NCBI GenBank assembly: GCA_963833425.1
Contig: CAWHXP010000003.1
Location: 320,001 to 384,000 of the forward strand
Reading direction: 5' to 3'
Source of the DNA: an uncultured Methanosarcinaceae archaeon
Lineage (GTDB): Archaea > Halobacteriota > Methanosarcinia > Methanosarcinales > Methanosarcinaceae
Length of the DNA stretch: 64,000 nucleotides
Shown here piece by piece: positions 44,446 to 55,746 of the stretch. The position numbers and the translations under genes were made by a program. Every line of letters begins with the position of its first letter. Position 1 is the stretch's first letter. Under the pieces are notes generated by a model. The model ran no database searches, had not been told where the DNA came from, and was given only the letters and a program-made list of their open reading frames with translations.

Positions 44446-45400
44446 TACATGAAAAAAGAGGTGGCCATCCCTATGACGTCTTTGACAGAGCAATATAAGG
44501 AAAAGTGTACTAAAGAAAATACTCTTTTATACTGCTTTAAAAAAGTCCATTTGAGCTTTTTGAACTCGCAGATACACTGTGATATCAGGCATCTGCGATG
44601 TTGTTAGTCGTGCTTCATACAGAAACATACACATTTGATAAATGAAGGAAACTGTGAATTTTATGCTTGCAGAACAGAAAAATATTATTTATACTTATGT
44701 TGGAAGATATGCGCACAAACGTGAGTGAAGCAAGAAAAGTCGGTGTTTTGGAGATATTTATGGGAGGAGAGGATATGACATTGACATGGAATTCTATCTT
44801 AAGATGGTGAAAGCGAGTTTCAGCCCCTCACAGGTATCTCAGCTAGATTTTTTCCAAGAGGAGTAAAAAATTAATTGTCCTGAAAAAAAAATCAATACCC
44901 AGAAATGAATTGATACCATAACTTTGAGGCATAAGATTGGAATTTTCACTTTGTGATCATCATGTAAGGGCATTTAGAGACTGTAGAATAATGTCTGGGC
45001 CATGTAATTATCATTCGCGAAATCAGAAAGAGACTAAGAGGATTCAGAAATGATCCACATGTCTTCTTTTTCTAGAATAAACGAATAGATGAAAAGATTC
45101 TGGTATGGAGAAAGCTCACCAGTGCCGGACTTAAAGATTTGCACATCATAACCATTTCCAACATAATCCCTACATATATTTGAACAATATCAGGACTCAT
45201 GGGTTAAGCTCGGGAAAAATTTGCTTAGGTAGCCTTGAAGTATGGAACGAATCATAAAAATTACGCTTATGGTAGATCAGATCTCAACAACACTCTGAGG
45301 AATTCATTGCTAATGTTTATTCCTACGAGCTTAAATAGTTGATAAAAAGTGTAGGAAGAATTTCTATTTATAGAGAGACCCTTTACAGGATATCTAACAC
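44446..45400 (+). pseudogene. cofH: second cofH paralogue, pseudogene
   Basis: fragments KCTKE, FELADTL, YRNIHI, GNCEFYAC, DSWVKLGK, TLMVDQIS, RETLYR with many stops and frameshifts. Confidence 0.85.
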
Positions 45401-45522
45401 CAATTTTCAGAGAAGGAATTAACTTTCGAATCGCTGAAGAACCAGAGAAAGTACTGGGAAGTAAGAAAGATCAAAAATAAATGTTTTCCGAAGGTTAAAA
45501 GATCCCAATTTAAGGAGTCAAG

Positions 45523-46149
45523 ATGAAAGTGGTAGTACCCTATAAAAAATCCAGTGCAAAGTCCCGATTGTCCTCGGTCCTAAGCCAGGAAGAAAGAGAA
45601 GAATTTGTGGAAATCATGTTGAATCAGGTAATAGACACAGTACTAGCAGCTGGAATAGAAAATATCGATATCCTCAGTCCTTCAATATATGGCCTTGAGA
45701 ACATGAAGAATGCCAGAGTCCTCCTGGATAAAAGCGACTTGAATGAGGCTGTCAACAGGTATCTTGGACAAGTGGATGAACCAACACTGATTGTTATGGC
45801 TGATCTGCCCCTTCTTTCTCCAAGCCATATAAAAGCGATAATCTCAACAAAAGAGGATGTCTGTATAGTTCCAGGAAAGGGGGGAGGAACAAATGTCCTT
45901 TTTGTCAAAAACCCTTCATGCTACAGGGTCGAATACTACGGCTCAAGCTTTCTGGCACACTGCTCTATAGCTGCTGAAGAGAGGCAAAATATTGGAATAT
46001 ATGATTCTTTTTTAGTGAGTACGGATATAGATGAACCGGCGGATTTAGTCGAACTGCTTATACACGGAAAAGGATATGCAAAGAAATATATAAGCAAAAA
46101 GTTCAGGCTTGAGATCAGCAGAGGAAGAGTGGAATTGTCTCAAATTTGA
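45523..46149 (+). CDS. cofC: 2-phospho-L-lactate/PEP guanylyltransferase
   Basis: VVPYK..AKSRLS, MADLPLL, GKGGGTN, YYGSSF..H, DIDEPADL. Confidence 0.95.
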   Translation: MKVVVPYKKSSAKSRLSSVLSQEEREEFVEIMLNQVIDTVLAAGIENIDILSPSIYGLENMKNARVLLDKSDLNEAVNRYLGQVDEPTLIVMADLPLLSPSHIKAIISTKEDVCIVPGKGGGTNVLFVKNPSCYRVEYYGSSFLAHCSIAAEERQNIGIYDSFLVSTDIDEPADLVELLIHGKGYAKKYISKKFRLEISRGRVELSQI

Positions 46150-46255
46150 AGCTTTTTATAAATTTAATCCTCAAATAAATGAAAAGAGAAAAAGGTTAAA
46201 TTAGAGCTAATTTCGATATGCACTAATTTTAATAATTGAGTATGTACTCATTATA

Positions 46256-47199
46256 GAGGATTTCGATAAACTTCGGATTTTATTTCTTAGCAGGAATTTC
46301 TCATATCCTCCCCTCAATTTCTCTCTTTAATTCCTCTTTTTGGCTTTACTTATTCTCAATTCTTTGATTTTAAAGATAGCTTCCGCCATCTTCAATATAG
46401 TTTTTTTATTTTCAATGTTCTCAATTGATGGAGATTATAACAAAAAGCTGTAAAACAACATTTTTAGATTTACTCTTTTAACAGTAGTAACAATAACTTT
46501 CTCCTTTGAATACCCTTTTAGTTTCGGCATAAACTCGTTTCCATTGAGCTTTTTTGAGATGATATTCTAGTTTTTTAATACATCACACATCCAAGAGAAT
46601 ATCCATTTACTGCTCTTTTCACCGTTACACCACTGACTTAGCCACAAAGTATCCTCTGTCCCTATAAACCACTTCATTTTCCTCTGTCAAATCTACATAC
46701 GAATCATGTACTGACACAGTTGTTGTTTTGAATCTTCTGATCAGCTCATAATCTCTAGCTATTATATTATGAAGCTTATATCCAAAGTGAGACTTATCTC
46801 CCTTCTTTGTCCAGGTTCCGTCTTTGCTTCTTCTTGTTTTTGCCTCATCTCTCTGCTTTTGCATGTCCTGGATCTGAATGGATAAAAGTAGCATCCTGAA
46901 TCATTCCCTGCTTTATCTGTAAACCCAGAGCATAAAGTTGGCTTTGCAACTTTCCCTATATTTTCTTTGAAATTCTCGATAATTCTCTCCCTAAATAGCC
47001 ATACAGTAGTACTGTAAGGTACGTATTCCGGAAATCCAAGGAATTTCCTAAAAGAAATTCGATCTATACACTGTTTCTCAAGTTCAAAATCAGAGAGACC
47101 ATGCCATTGTTGTAAAACAAGCATTTTGAACATCACAATGACATCAGTTTCAGGTCTCCCTCTTGAAACGGTTTTGTTGATATACATAGACTCAAGAAT
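46256..47199 (-). mobile_element. IS5-family element copy 3 (5'-truncated, mosaic)
   Basis: one TIR at 46256; matches the other copies except a divergent patch at ~46495-46645; homology ends near 47199. Confidence 0.9.
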
Positions 47200-47529
47200 G
47201 AAACCATTTTCAAAATTATTACTTGATTTTGATGGAAATATGAAAGTAAATATATTTTCTTTACTGAACCGGCTTCATAGCATAAATCAAGAGACAGAGG
47301 AATTTGATCAAAACAACAAGCTTAGGTTGCAAATAACATCTTTACCTAAACTTCCTCTAGATAGAAAATCAAATGAATATTATTGGAAAAAGATAGATAA
47401 ATGTTAATGTCAATAAAATCATTAAAGAATACTGAAGTATTATCGAAACTTAGTGGATTAATTTCAGGAAAACATAAGTTTGTGCATAAAATGTCGCATT
47501 ATTCAAAATGATGACTATACCTTTGTGCT

Positions 47530-47890
47530 ACCGGAAGTTGTCCATCATCAGTAGTTCCAAAATAATCTCCATCGTTCAAAAGTTCATAACTCAAAATCTG
47601 TTTTTTAATTTCATGATATTCTTTTAAAGATTTTTTTTGCTGTGATACATTTTATAATCTCATCACTTTTGAAGGATAATATTTTGGGTCAACACCAACG
47701 AGAAAATGTACATGATCATCATCAGTATAGATTGCATCTAATTTAAAACAACACATTTCACCAATTTTAAAGAATATATTTCAAATAGTTGATGATGTCA
47801 CTGTTTGAAATAAATTTTCTCGATTCTTAGTAAATATTCAGCCTGGAAAAACAATATCAATAACCATATTTACTCAGATTAAATGAGCAA
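47530..47890 (-). mobile_element. tnpA: IS200 tnpA (HUH) remnant
   Basis: FKLDAIYTDDDHVHFLVGVDPKYYPSKVM..KEYHEIKKQ..DGDYFGT. Confidence 0.75.
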
Positions 47891-48652
47891 ATTTTGGTTG
47901 TGGATTTTTTATCACTATCGACTATAGACAATGTTTTTATTTTCCCATACAGTAGCAATCAGAAGTATCTACGGCATCAAAGCAGATATCGCTCAATTGA
48001 TTTTTGGTTGGCTAATAGTTACAACACCCCATACAAAAAAACATGCGAGATTTCATAAACACAATGATTGTATGCTACGATTTTATTTCGTAGTACAAAA
48101 GTATCTTAAGTATTAATCAGTTGGTTAATAACCGTTATTGAGAAGTTTTTATCCCTGTCGCAATATATAGAGTACCCGACTGGAGTAAAAATTCTCTAGT
48201 TTAATGCATTGGTTTATTAGAGTACTACAACTGTAAATGGTCATTTTTCGAATATTTAACAGATATAAAATGAAATAAAGACATTGTGGTAATCAATAAA
48301 CTTCGAAACTGCTTATGAGGTTTCATTTTAAAATAGAATTCAAGACGCTTTTCAGAAACGTATTTTTTGCATTAATATTCTTTTTACTTGAGGAAGTTTT
48401 GGTAATTTTTAATCACTAATTAAAATTTATGAAGATAAAATTATATTTTAATATGGAATTGTAAAGGACGTGACAAAATAAAGGTAAAAAATCTTTTTTA
48501 GATTTATATAAATTTAATGGAGAAGACCAGTAGAATGATTGTCAGAAATTACAAGCTTTGGAAAGCAGAAGCAACTACACCATGTTTACTCTCAGTGTTA
48601 ATTATTTCAGAGCTGCATTAAGTATAATTGACATAAATTCATTTTTATTCCT

Positions 48653-49225
48653 ATGTTAATAGGACTCACCGGTACACCTGGCACTGGAAAAACCTCCGTT
48701 AGCATGTTTCTTGAAAAAAAGAGGCACTGGAAAGCAATCCACCTCAATGACTTGATTAAAGAGAAGCATCTATATACTGAAATTGATGAGAAAAGAGATA
48801 CCATTATCGCTGACATGGAAATTATCCAGGAGTACCTTCTAAAAACTATTGATGAAGAGAAACATAAAGTAGAGCATGGAAAGAAAAGAACTGTAATGAT
48901 TCTAGAAAGTCACCTCGCTCATTATATCGCGGAAATCGTTATTGTGCTCAGGGCATATCCTCCTGAATTAAATATAAGACTGAAAACACGTTGCTATTCG
49001 GAAGAGAAAATAAATGAGAATATCGAAGCTGAAGCCCTCGACGTGATCCTAATTGAGGCTTTTGAATGGTGCAGAAATATTTTTGAAGTAAACACTACAG
49101 GAAAAACAATTGAAGAAGTAGGACAAGATATTGAAAAAATCATAGACAATATTTTAGATGGAACTGAAGAAAATTTGCTGGAATATAAGCCTGGCTCCAT
49201 TGATTGGATTGACCTGATTCCGTAG
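48653..49225 (+). CDS. archaeal AK6/Fap7-type adenylate kinase
   Basis: GLTGTPGTGKTSV, ILESHLAH, RL..R.YSEEKI.EN.EAE. Confidence 0.92.
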   Translation: MLIGLTGTPGTGKTSVSMFLEKKRHWKAIHLNDLIKEKHLYTEIDEKRDTIIADMEIIQEYLLKTIDEEKHKVEHGKKRTVMILESHLAHYIAEIVIVLRAYPPELNIRLKTRCYSEEKINENIEAEALDVILIEAFEWCRNIFEVNTTGKTIEEVGQDIEKIIDNILDGTEENLLEYKPGSIDWIDLIP

Positions 49226-49313
49226 AGGAGATCGATAAACCCCTAAATTTTGTCATAGCATAGAAATGATGAATAAATGACTCGTGAAAATCAGAGATTT
49301 AGTCGAAATTTCC
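49225..49313 (+). mobile_element. MITE family A copy overlapping the kinase stop codon
   Basis: gaggagatcgataaacccc...tgactcgtgaaaatcagagatttagtcgaaatttcc. Confidence 0.8.
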
Positions 49314-49525
49314 ATAATTTGTGAAGTTAAAAGGATTATGGGAAATTAGAGTATTCGTCGTATAATGTATCCTGGCAGCGTTCAAGGATTACGCTGATAA
49401 TTTCCTGCATAGGAAAAAAAGAATGAAGAAATAGTGGAAGAAAATAGATAAGATGAAGATATAGGATCTTCATCCCGTCTTTTTTCTATAATGAAATTTT
49501 TCGATCTACTTTTCTATTTTATGCT

Positions 49526-51667
49526 TTATCTTTTTCTACAAAGGAATACAGCTAACAGGGCAGTTATACCACAAATAATTTCGAAGCCAGGAATGCTCGT
49601 CGTCTTTCCTGGATTGATTGGATTTTCTTGTTGTCCAGACGGCTGTTTTGCAGTTGTTGTTGCACTTCCAGTGTTTTGTTTAGGAATCGGATTATTAGTT
49701 TTAGACTTTGTTTCATCCACAGCTTGCTTTGCCGTTGTTTTACCTATTGAGCTGCTACTGCTGCTTAAGCTGCTTTCGCCGCTGCTACTTTTAAAACCAC
49801 TGTTTCCACTGCTACTGCTACCGCTGTTTCCACCCATGGTATTATTAGTGTTGAAACTTGTTACAGGAAGAATTTTTGAGGCGTCAGTCTCAGGAGCTGG
49901 GGCAGTCTCAGGAGTTATTACAGATGGCATACGGCTTTTCGGCAGTTTGCTACTGGTTTTATCAGTGAGCTCGCTGTGTTTAACAGATTCTTTATTTTTA
50001 GTAATTCCGTGATCATTGCAATTATCGTCTAGTCTCACATTGGTTAAGTTGAAGTATTCGATCGGTACTATAGAGCTGACTGATTTAGGACCAAGCTGAT
50101 CACAGTTAACAATTACAGTGTCTTTGATAAACCCATTTTCATTACTGCTTATGTCTGCTGGAGGGACAGTGTAATTACCGACATAGGTCTTTGTTTCCCC
50201 TACTTTTAGAATTCCATCCTTGATCTCAATATTAGTGGGATTCTGATCACTTGCTGGGACTGCAATCTCAGCCAGAGCATCGTTAACTGTTACATTGGAA
50301 AGGTCAATTTTCCCATTATTTGTCACGTCAATCTGGTAACTGATTACATCTCCAGCTTTCGTTACACTTCCTGATGGTCCTCTTCCGGCAACATCAGCGA
50401 CATTTGCGGAAATAGAGCAAGAAGGATCTATAGGTACTGCGATACTAACTGATTTAGGATCCAACTTAGGAGAGTAGACAGTAACAGTGTTGATGAACCC
50501 TCCACCATCGTTATTGGTTATGTCTGCACGAGTAACCGTATAATTTCCGGTATAAGTCCAATTTTCTCCTACGTTGAGAACTGTATCGTTACTGTTTGAA
50601 GCTGTAGGTCCTGTTAAAGTCACCAGGGGATCATCAACAGTTACATTGTTAAGGTCAATGTTTCCGTTATTCGTCACATCAATATGATAGCTGACTACAT
50701 CTCCCTCTTTGGTAATATTTTCTCCAGGTCCGTTTCCGTTAACATCTGTAACTATCATGTTAACTACATATGAGGGAACCTGAACCACAGATGTTTGGTA
50801 ACTATAGTTTTCCGCTCCTAGTTGATCACAATCAACAGTTACATTATTGGTAATGAATCCAGTTCCGTTACCATTACTGTTCATATCATCCTGAGTAACC
50901 ACATAATTACCAGTATAAGTCCTGTTTTCTCCTACGTCGAGAACTGAATCATTACTATTTGACTCCATAGGTTCTATTAGGTTCACAAGAGTACTATTAA
51001 CACTTACATTACTAAGGTCAATGTTTCCATCATTCATCACTACAAACTGATAATTGATTACATCCCCTGCTTTTGTTACATTTTCAGCAGGTTCGTTAAT
51101 GGTTTTTCCTGTAACATTAATAGTTTTATCAATTGTGTATGAAGGATTTTGGATTATAGGCGTTTGAATACTGCTACTTTGGTTTTGAGGTACCTTCCCC
51201 TTTTCATAAACTATCGCTGTGTTGTTGATGAATCCTGTCCCATGTCCATTACTATTTAAGTCATCCTGAGTAACCTCGTAAATACCAGTATAGGTCTTTG
51301 ATTCAAATAGGTTAATCATGGGATCAGTAACTTTTACATTTGCTAAGTTACCGATTTTAACAGGAGTTGTCACATTAATCTGATAGCTGATGATATCGCC
51401 AGCTTTCACTACACTTCCTTCAGGCCCTTTTCCTGCAACATCCGTAACTGTTTTTGTAACTGTGGTTCCTGAAGATAGTATGCCCGGAGTAGAGGTCTGT
51501 GGTAAAGGTGATGCCTCTCCTGCTAGCACAAACGGTGAAAGAACTATAGTAATCATCACTAAAGAAATAAATGAGAGCATCTGATGCTTCATAGCTTTGT
51601 CCATTCTTGGTATCGAAGCAATCAAGAGATTGCTTACAACCGCAAGTTTTGTTTTCTTTTTATCCAT
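49526..51667 (-). CDS. cell-surface protein with DUF11/DUF7507-like Ig repeats and PGF-CTERM
   Basis: four repeats of KAGDVISY.I.VTN.G.IDL.NV..VGE..TYTGNY.VT; Ser/Thr-rich linker; IPGF + TM + basic tail; true start probably a later Met. Confidence 0.9.
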   Translation of the reverse strand: MDKKKTKLAVVSNLLIASIPRMDKAMKHQMLSFISLVMITIVLSPFVLAGEASPLPQTSTPGILSSGTTVTKTVTDVAGKGPEGSVVKAGDIISYQINVTTPVKIGNLANVKVTDPMINLFESKTYTGIYEVTQDDLNSNGHGTGFINNTAIVYEKGKVPQNQSSSIQTPIIQNPSYTIDKTINVTGKTINEPAENVTKAGDVINYQFVVMNDGNIDLSNVSVNSTLVNLIEPMESNSNDSVLDVGENRTYTGNYVVTQDDMNSNGNGTGFITNNVTVDCDQLGAENYSYQTSVVQVPSYVVNMIVTDVNGNGPGENITKEGDVVSYHIDVTNNGNIDLNNVTVDDPLVTLTGPTASNSNDTVLNVGENWTYTGNYTVTRADITNNDGGGFINTVTVYSPKLDPKSVSIAVPIDPSCSISANVADVAGRGPSGSVTKAGDVISYQIDVTNNGKIDLSNVTVNDALAEIAVPASDQNPTNIEIKDGILKVGETKTYVGNYTVPPADISSNENGFIKDTVIVNCDQLGPKSVSSIVPIEYFNLTNVRLDDNCNDHGITKNKESVKHSELTDKTSSKLPKSRMPSVITPETAPAPETDASKILPVTSFNTNNTMGGNSGSSSSGNSGFKSSSGESSLSSSSSSIGKTTAKQAVDETKSKTNNPIPKQNTGSATTTAKQPSGQQENPINPGKTTSIPGFEIICGITALLAVFLCRKR

Positions 51668-52329
51668 TTATCCACTTCCTGTTACAAATATGAGCATTTG
51701 TTGAAATTAGAGCATAAGCTAAACAAACGCCAATATTCCCCCATTAACGGAGTATTTGTATCCTCTTCAAATTCGATGAAGAATTTTTCAAACCAAAAAA
51801 ATTATATGAAATTTGTATTAATTATAAAGTTGAATGTGCTTTTGAGTATATTTTTCAGACTTGGCAGAACTTTATAAATTTCCAACATATGTCTGAAATT
51901 CACTTATTCCCACACAATTCAAGGAGGATATTAATACCTTAACCGTTAAACTTTCTGTATTTTATGAGGCGTAACTTTATCAATATTCATAATAAGATAT
52001 CTTCCAATATAAATCTTGTCATCTATTTGATTCAATTATTTTTGTTTGCTTACTAAATTAGTTTGCTTTTCTTTTGCATATTTTGAGCTTTGTAGTTTAA
52101 TTTATTTCACAACCATATTAACTTCACAAATTATTATAAAAAAAATAAATTGTTAATAGACCTTATAATAAAATAATATTTAAGAGTTTTTTGAAATTTC
52201 ATTTCTACGAACAAGAGTCCCGATAGTAGAAGCACTTAACATTATATTTCAAATCAAATACATATTGATTCAATGTGAAATTAGACACAAAACAAAAATA
52301 TCGATATCATTTACCCCAATAAGCCTTTT

Positions 52330-52850
52330 ATTATAATCCTACCTTGTTACAGTGTCAGGAAACTTTTTCTTAATGAATACTCACCGAATAGACAAAACGA
52401 ATATCTAAAGGTACCTCTGTAGTAGTTGCAGCAGAGCCTTTTGTAAACATACCAAGACGTTAGCTCATGATCATCGTATTGATGAAGTTACCACTGAGTT
52501 AGCCATTAAAATAGCAATTAAGAACATAAGTTATCAGGTTATTGCAGATGTTTTAGAAACGAAAAAAATAAATGTAAGCAACTGATTGACCCGCGATGCT
52601 GAAAAATGTAAAAAAGTGAACAAAGCAAAAATAAAAATGTATATTTACCCAAGATGGGACTGAATGAATTTGGATTATGATCCAAAAAGAATAGTTCCCA
52701 GGGTGAGAGAAAATGAAAACGAAAGCTTGTGGAGACGTGTAGCTTTTGCAACAAGTTGTAGTTGATATTCCATCTGCCATAAGTCCAAGAAAAAAAGTAT
52801 ATTGAGGACAGATTGGTGAAGTTAAAATTTGAATGCGTCTATGGACTAAA
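52330..52850 (+). mobile_element. IS1-family-like transposase remnant
   Basis: CSRAFCKHT..ELAIKIAIK.ISYQVIADVLE..VSN*LTR.AEKC.KVN..NEFW..GPRK-like fragments. Confidence 0.6.
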
Positions 52851-53824
52851 TCACAATTTTTAGCAGGGTACTAAAAGTTCCATAAAATTTGATTGACTCT
52901 ACAGTCTATTTCGTTCACCACAAAAAGTCAAGGTTCAAAGTCAATGGTTGAAGTCATCTAATTCATAAAAAATTAATATTGTAGATCTGGAAAATGGAAT
53001 TCTTCAACCAAAACTTTGTGGTAGGAAAGAATCTTTTTTTAATTTGGTGTAAAAAGTTATGAGAAGACTAACTACACGAAAGCCAGCAGAAACAACTAAA
53101 ATCCCATAACCCTGAGAACAAATATAGGTAATTCGAATTATTGAAGCCTCAATTCAGTGGGTTCTTTTTTAAATAATATATTTGGTAAAAATTTAATATT
53201 TGTAAGATAGATCGTAACTTCTGTAACTGAATCTTAGATGCAAGGTATCTCTAAAGTGTGGAAAAGAGTATGATTTATTTAGATATGCAAAATTTCTCCC
53301 AAAATGAAAATGATGTTTTTCAAATTAAAGGCTGAAATAAATTAAAGCTTATCCCTCCTGAATCTTTTTGGAACATTCAATGCATCGCTATTTTGAGTAG
53401 AAAATTTGCTCTAATCTTGGTTTGCAAAAACATTGTGAGGAACTTCCAACCTCCCATAAATCAGTTGGATATCTATTTGATCAATATATACTCATGATTA
53501 TTAATGATAGAAAAATAAAAAAATATCATAACAAAAAGTGAAATAAAATCAGTCCACCAAAGTTTGTTTACTGAATCATTGTAAAGATGGCCATTTGTAT
53601 CATTTTGCCAAGCTAAATTATTACCCTGTAGCAATATTGCAGGAAATAAGCTACAGGAAAAATACTCACAGGATAGCCCCTTTATTTGAATTCAACAAAA
53701 TATATTCCAAAAGAGGTTCTTGCTGGAAAATATCAAAAAAATTCTGTCAAAACTTTTAGAATTTCATCACGAAAATAAAAATAGTCTGTATTTTTACTTG
53801 AAAGGATATTCAAAAAGTTATTAA

Positions 53825-53896
53825 TGCGACTGCCGGGATTCGAACCCGGGTTCTAAGCTTGGGAAGCTCAGGTCATAGCCACTAAACTACAGTCGC
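53825..53896 (-). tRNA. tRNA-Gly(CCC)
   Basis: GCGACTG/CAGTCGC acceptor stem, anticodon loop TTCCCAA, GGTTCGAATCC T-arm. Confidence 0.95.
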
Positions 53897-54156
53897 ATAT
53901 AGATATGAGGAACTGTGATAAATTCATCTCATGAATCTTTTAGATATTAAAGGTTTCGGTAGCAATAAAGGGATAACTTAGAGAATTTTTGTATTTTGCC
54001 AAAGAAAATAGAGATTTCCATCACAATCTAAGAAGCTTCATAACGCCCAGATAGATAAAAAAATGTTATGAAAAGGATCCGATCCACAAAGATGGAAATT
54101 AGCTTAAAGCTCTTTAAAAGCAGCATTTACGAGTTGCTGTAATTCAAATAAGTACT

Positions 54157-54243
54157 GATGATTTCGATAACCCCTCAAATTAAATCGTATGCTTAAATTG
54201 GTATATAAAAGACTCATGAAATCATAGGTTTATCGAACCCCTC
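54157..54243 (+). mobile_element. MITE family A copy
   Basis: gatgatttcgataacccc..tatgctt..gactcatgaaatcataggtttatcgaaccctc. Confidence 0.8.
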
Positions 54244-54435
54244 TTAAGTTTCCAGTGTTACGAATTTTATGTTTTTATACATTGAAGCAGGGATGTTTAG
54301 TAGCTTGAAGTGTTGAATAAAACAACTAAGGTAATAAAAAAATCGTGAAATATAGTCCTCACCTACTTTTTGCAGATATGCACACGAATACTATCTCTGT
54401 TCTCAATATAATAGTAGCTTAAGAATAATAATTGA

Positions 54436-55568
54436 GAGTATTTCGATAAACTTCGGATTTTATTTCTTAGCAGGAATTTCTCATATCCTCCCCTCAATTT
54501 CTCTATTTAATTCCTCTTTTTGGCTTTACTTATTCTCAATTCTTTGATTTTAAAGATAGCTTCCGCCATCTTCAATATACTTTTTTTATTTTCAATGTTC
54601 TCAATTGATGGAGATTATAACAAAAAGCTGTAAAACAACATTTTTAGATTTACTCTTTTAACAGTAGTAACAAAAACTCTTCCTGCTTTGAAAATTTCTT
54701 TCGTTACTGAATAAACTCTTTCTCCTGGGACTCTTTTTGAGCTAATTCTCTTATTCCTGAATATATCCTTTATTCCCAGCGTATGTCCTTTGACCGCTCT
54801 TTTCATTGTTGCATTATACCCTTTCGTTTTTGCTCCAAAGTATCCTCTATCCTATAAACCACTTCATTTTCCTCTGTCAAATCTACATACGAATCATGTA
54901 CTGACGCAGTTGTTGTTTGAATCTTCTGATCAGCTCATAATCTCTGTCTATTATATTATGAAACTTATATCCAAAGTGAGACTTACCTCCCTTCTTTGTC
55001 CAAGTACCGTCTCTGCTTCTTCTTGTTTTTGCCTCATCTCTCTGCTTTTGCATGTCCTGGATCTGAATGGATAAAAGTAGCATCCTGAATAATTCCCTGC
55101 TTTATCTGTAAACCCAGAGCAGCAAGTTGGCTTTGCAACTTTCCCCATATTTCCTTTGAAATTCTCGATAATTCTTTCCCTAAATAGCCATACAGTAGTA
55201 CTGTCAGGTACGTATTCCGGAAATCCAAGGAATTTCCTGAAAGAAATTCGATCTATACACGGTTTCTCAAGTTCAAAATCAGAGAGCCCATGCCATTGTT
55301 GTAAAACAAGCATTTTGAACATCACAATGACATCAGTTTCAGGTCTCCCTCATGAAACGGTTTTGTTAATACACATAGACTCAAGAATAATACGAAACGT
55401 TTTCCAATCAATTAAGGAAGCAATTTCAGCAAGCTTATATCCAACAGATTCAAGACGTTTATACTCTTCTTTAAGAGCAAAATCAATAAGAGTTTTCATG
55501 AATATAAATAAATATTTACAAATTTAAAGTCAACCATGCTCAAGAGTAGGGAGTTTATCGAAATTCTC
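54436..55568 (-). mobile_element. IS5-family element copy 4 (frameshifted) with TTGA target duplication
   Basis: both TIRs; TTGA at 54432-54435 and 55569-55572. Confidence 0.93.
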
Positions 55569-55746
55569 TTGAGTTTAAAAATGTCAATTTATTAAAAAAT
55601 ATAATTGATCCGTGAGTAGATTAAACAACAATTAAATTCGGAGGACAAAAAAGATAATCATCTTCCAGAAGCTACAACTTTAAATCACATCCCTCCCTTT
55701 TTATCCCATAATAGAACTCTTGTAAATTTCATTCGGTGACCTTTTT

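Noticed and set aside
49491..50012. 173-aa Leu-rich + strand ORF
   Set aside because: Antisense of the Ser/Lys/Thr-rich tail of the surface protein
53825..55568. tRNA-Gly as the integration site of an island
   Set aside because: No duplicated tRNA 3' end and no integrase seen; only IS and MITE insertions nearby
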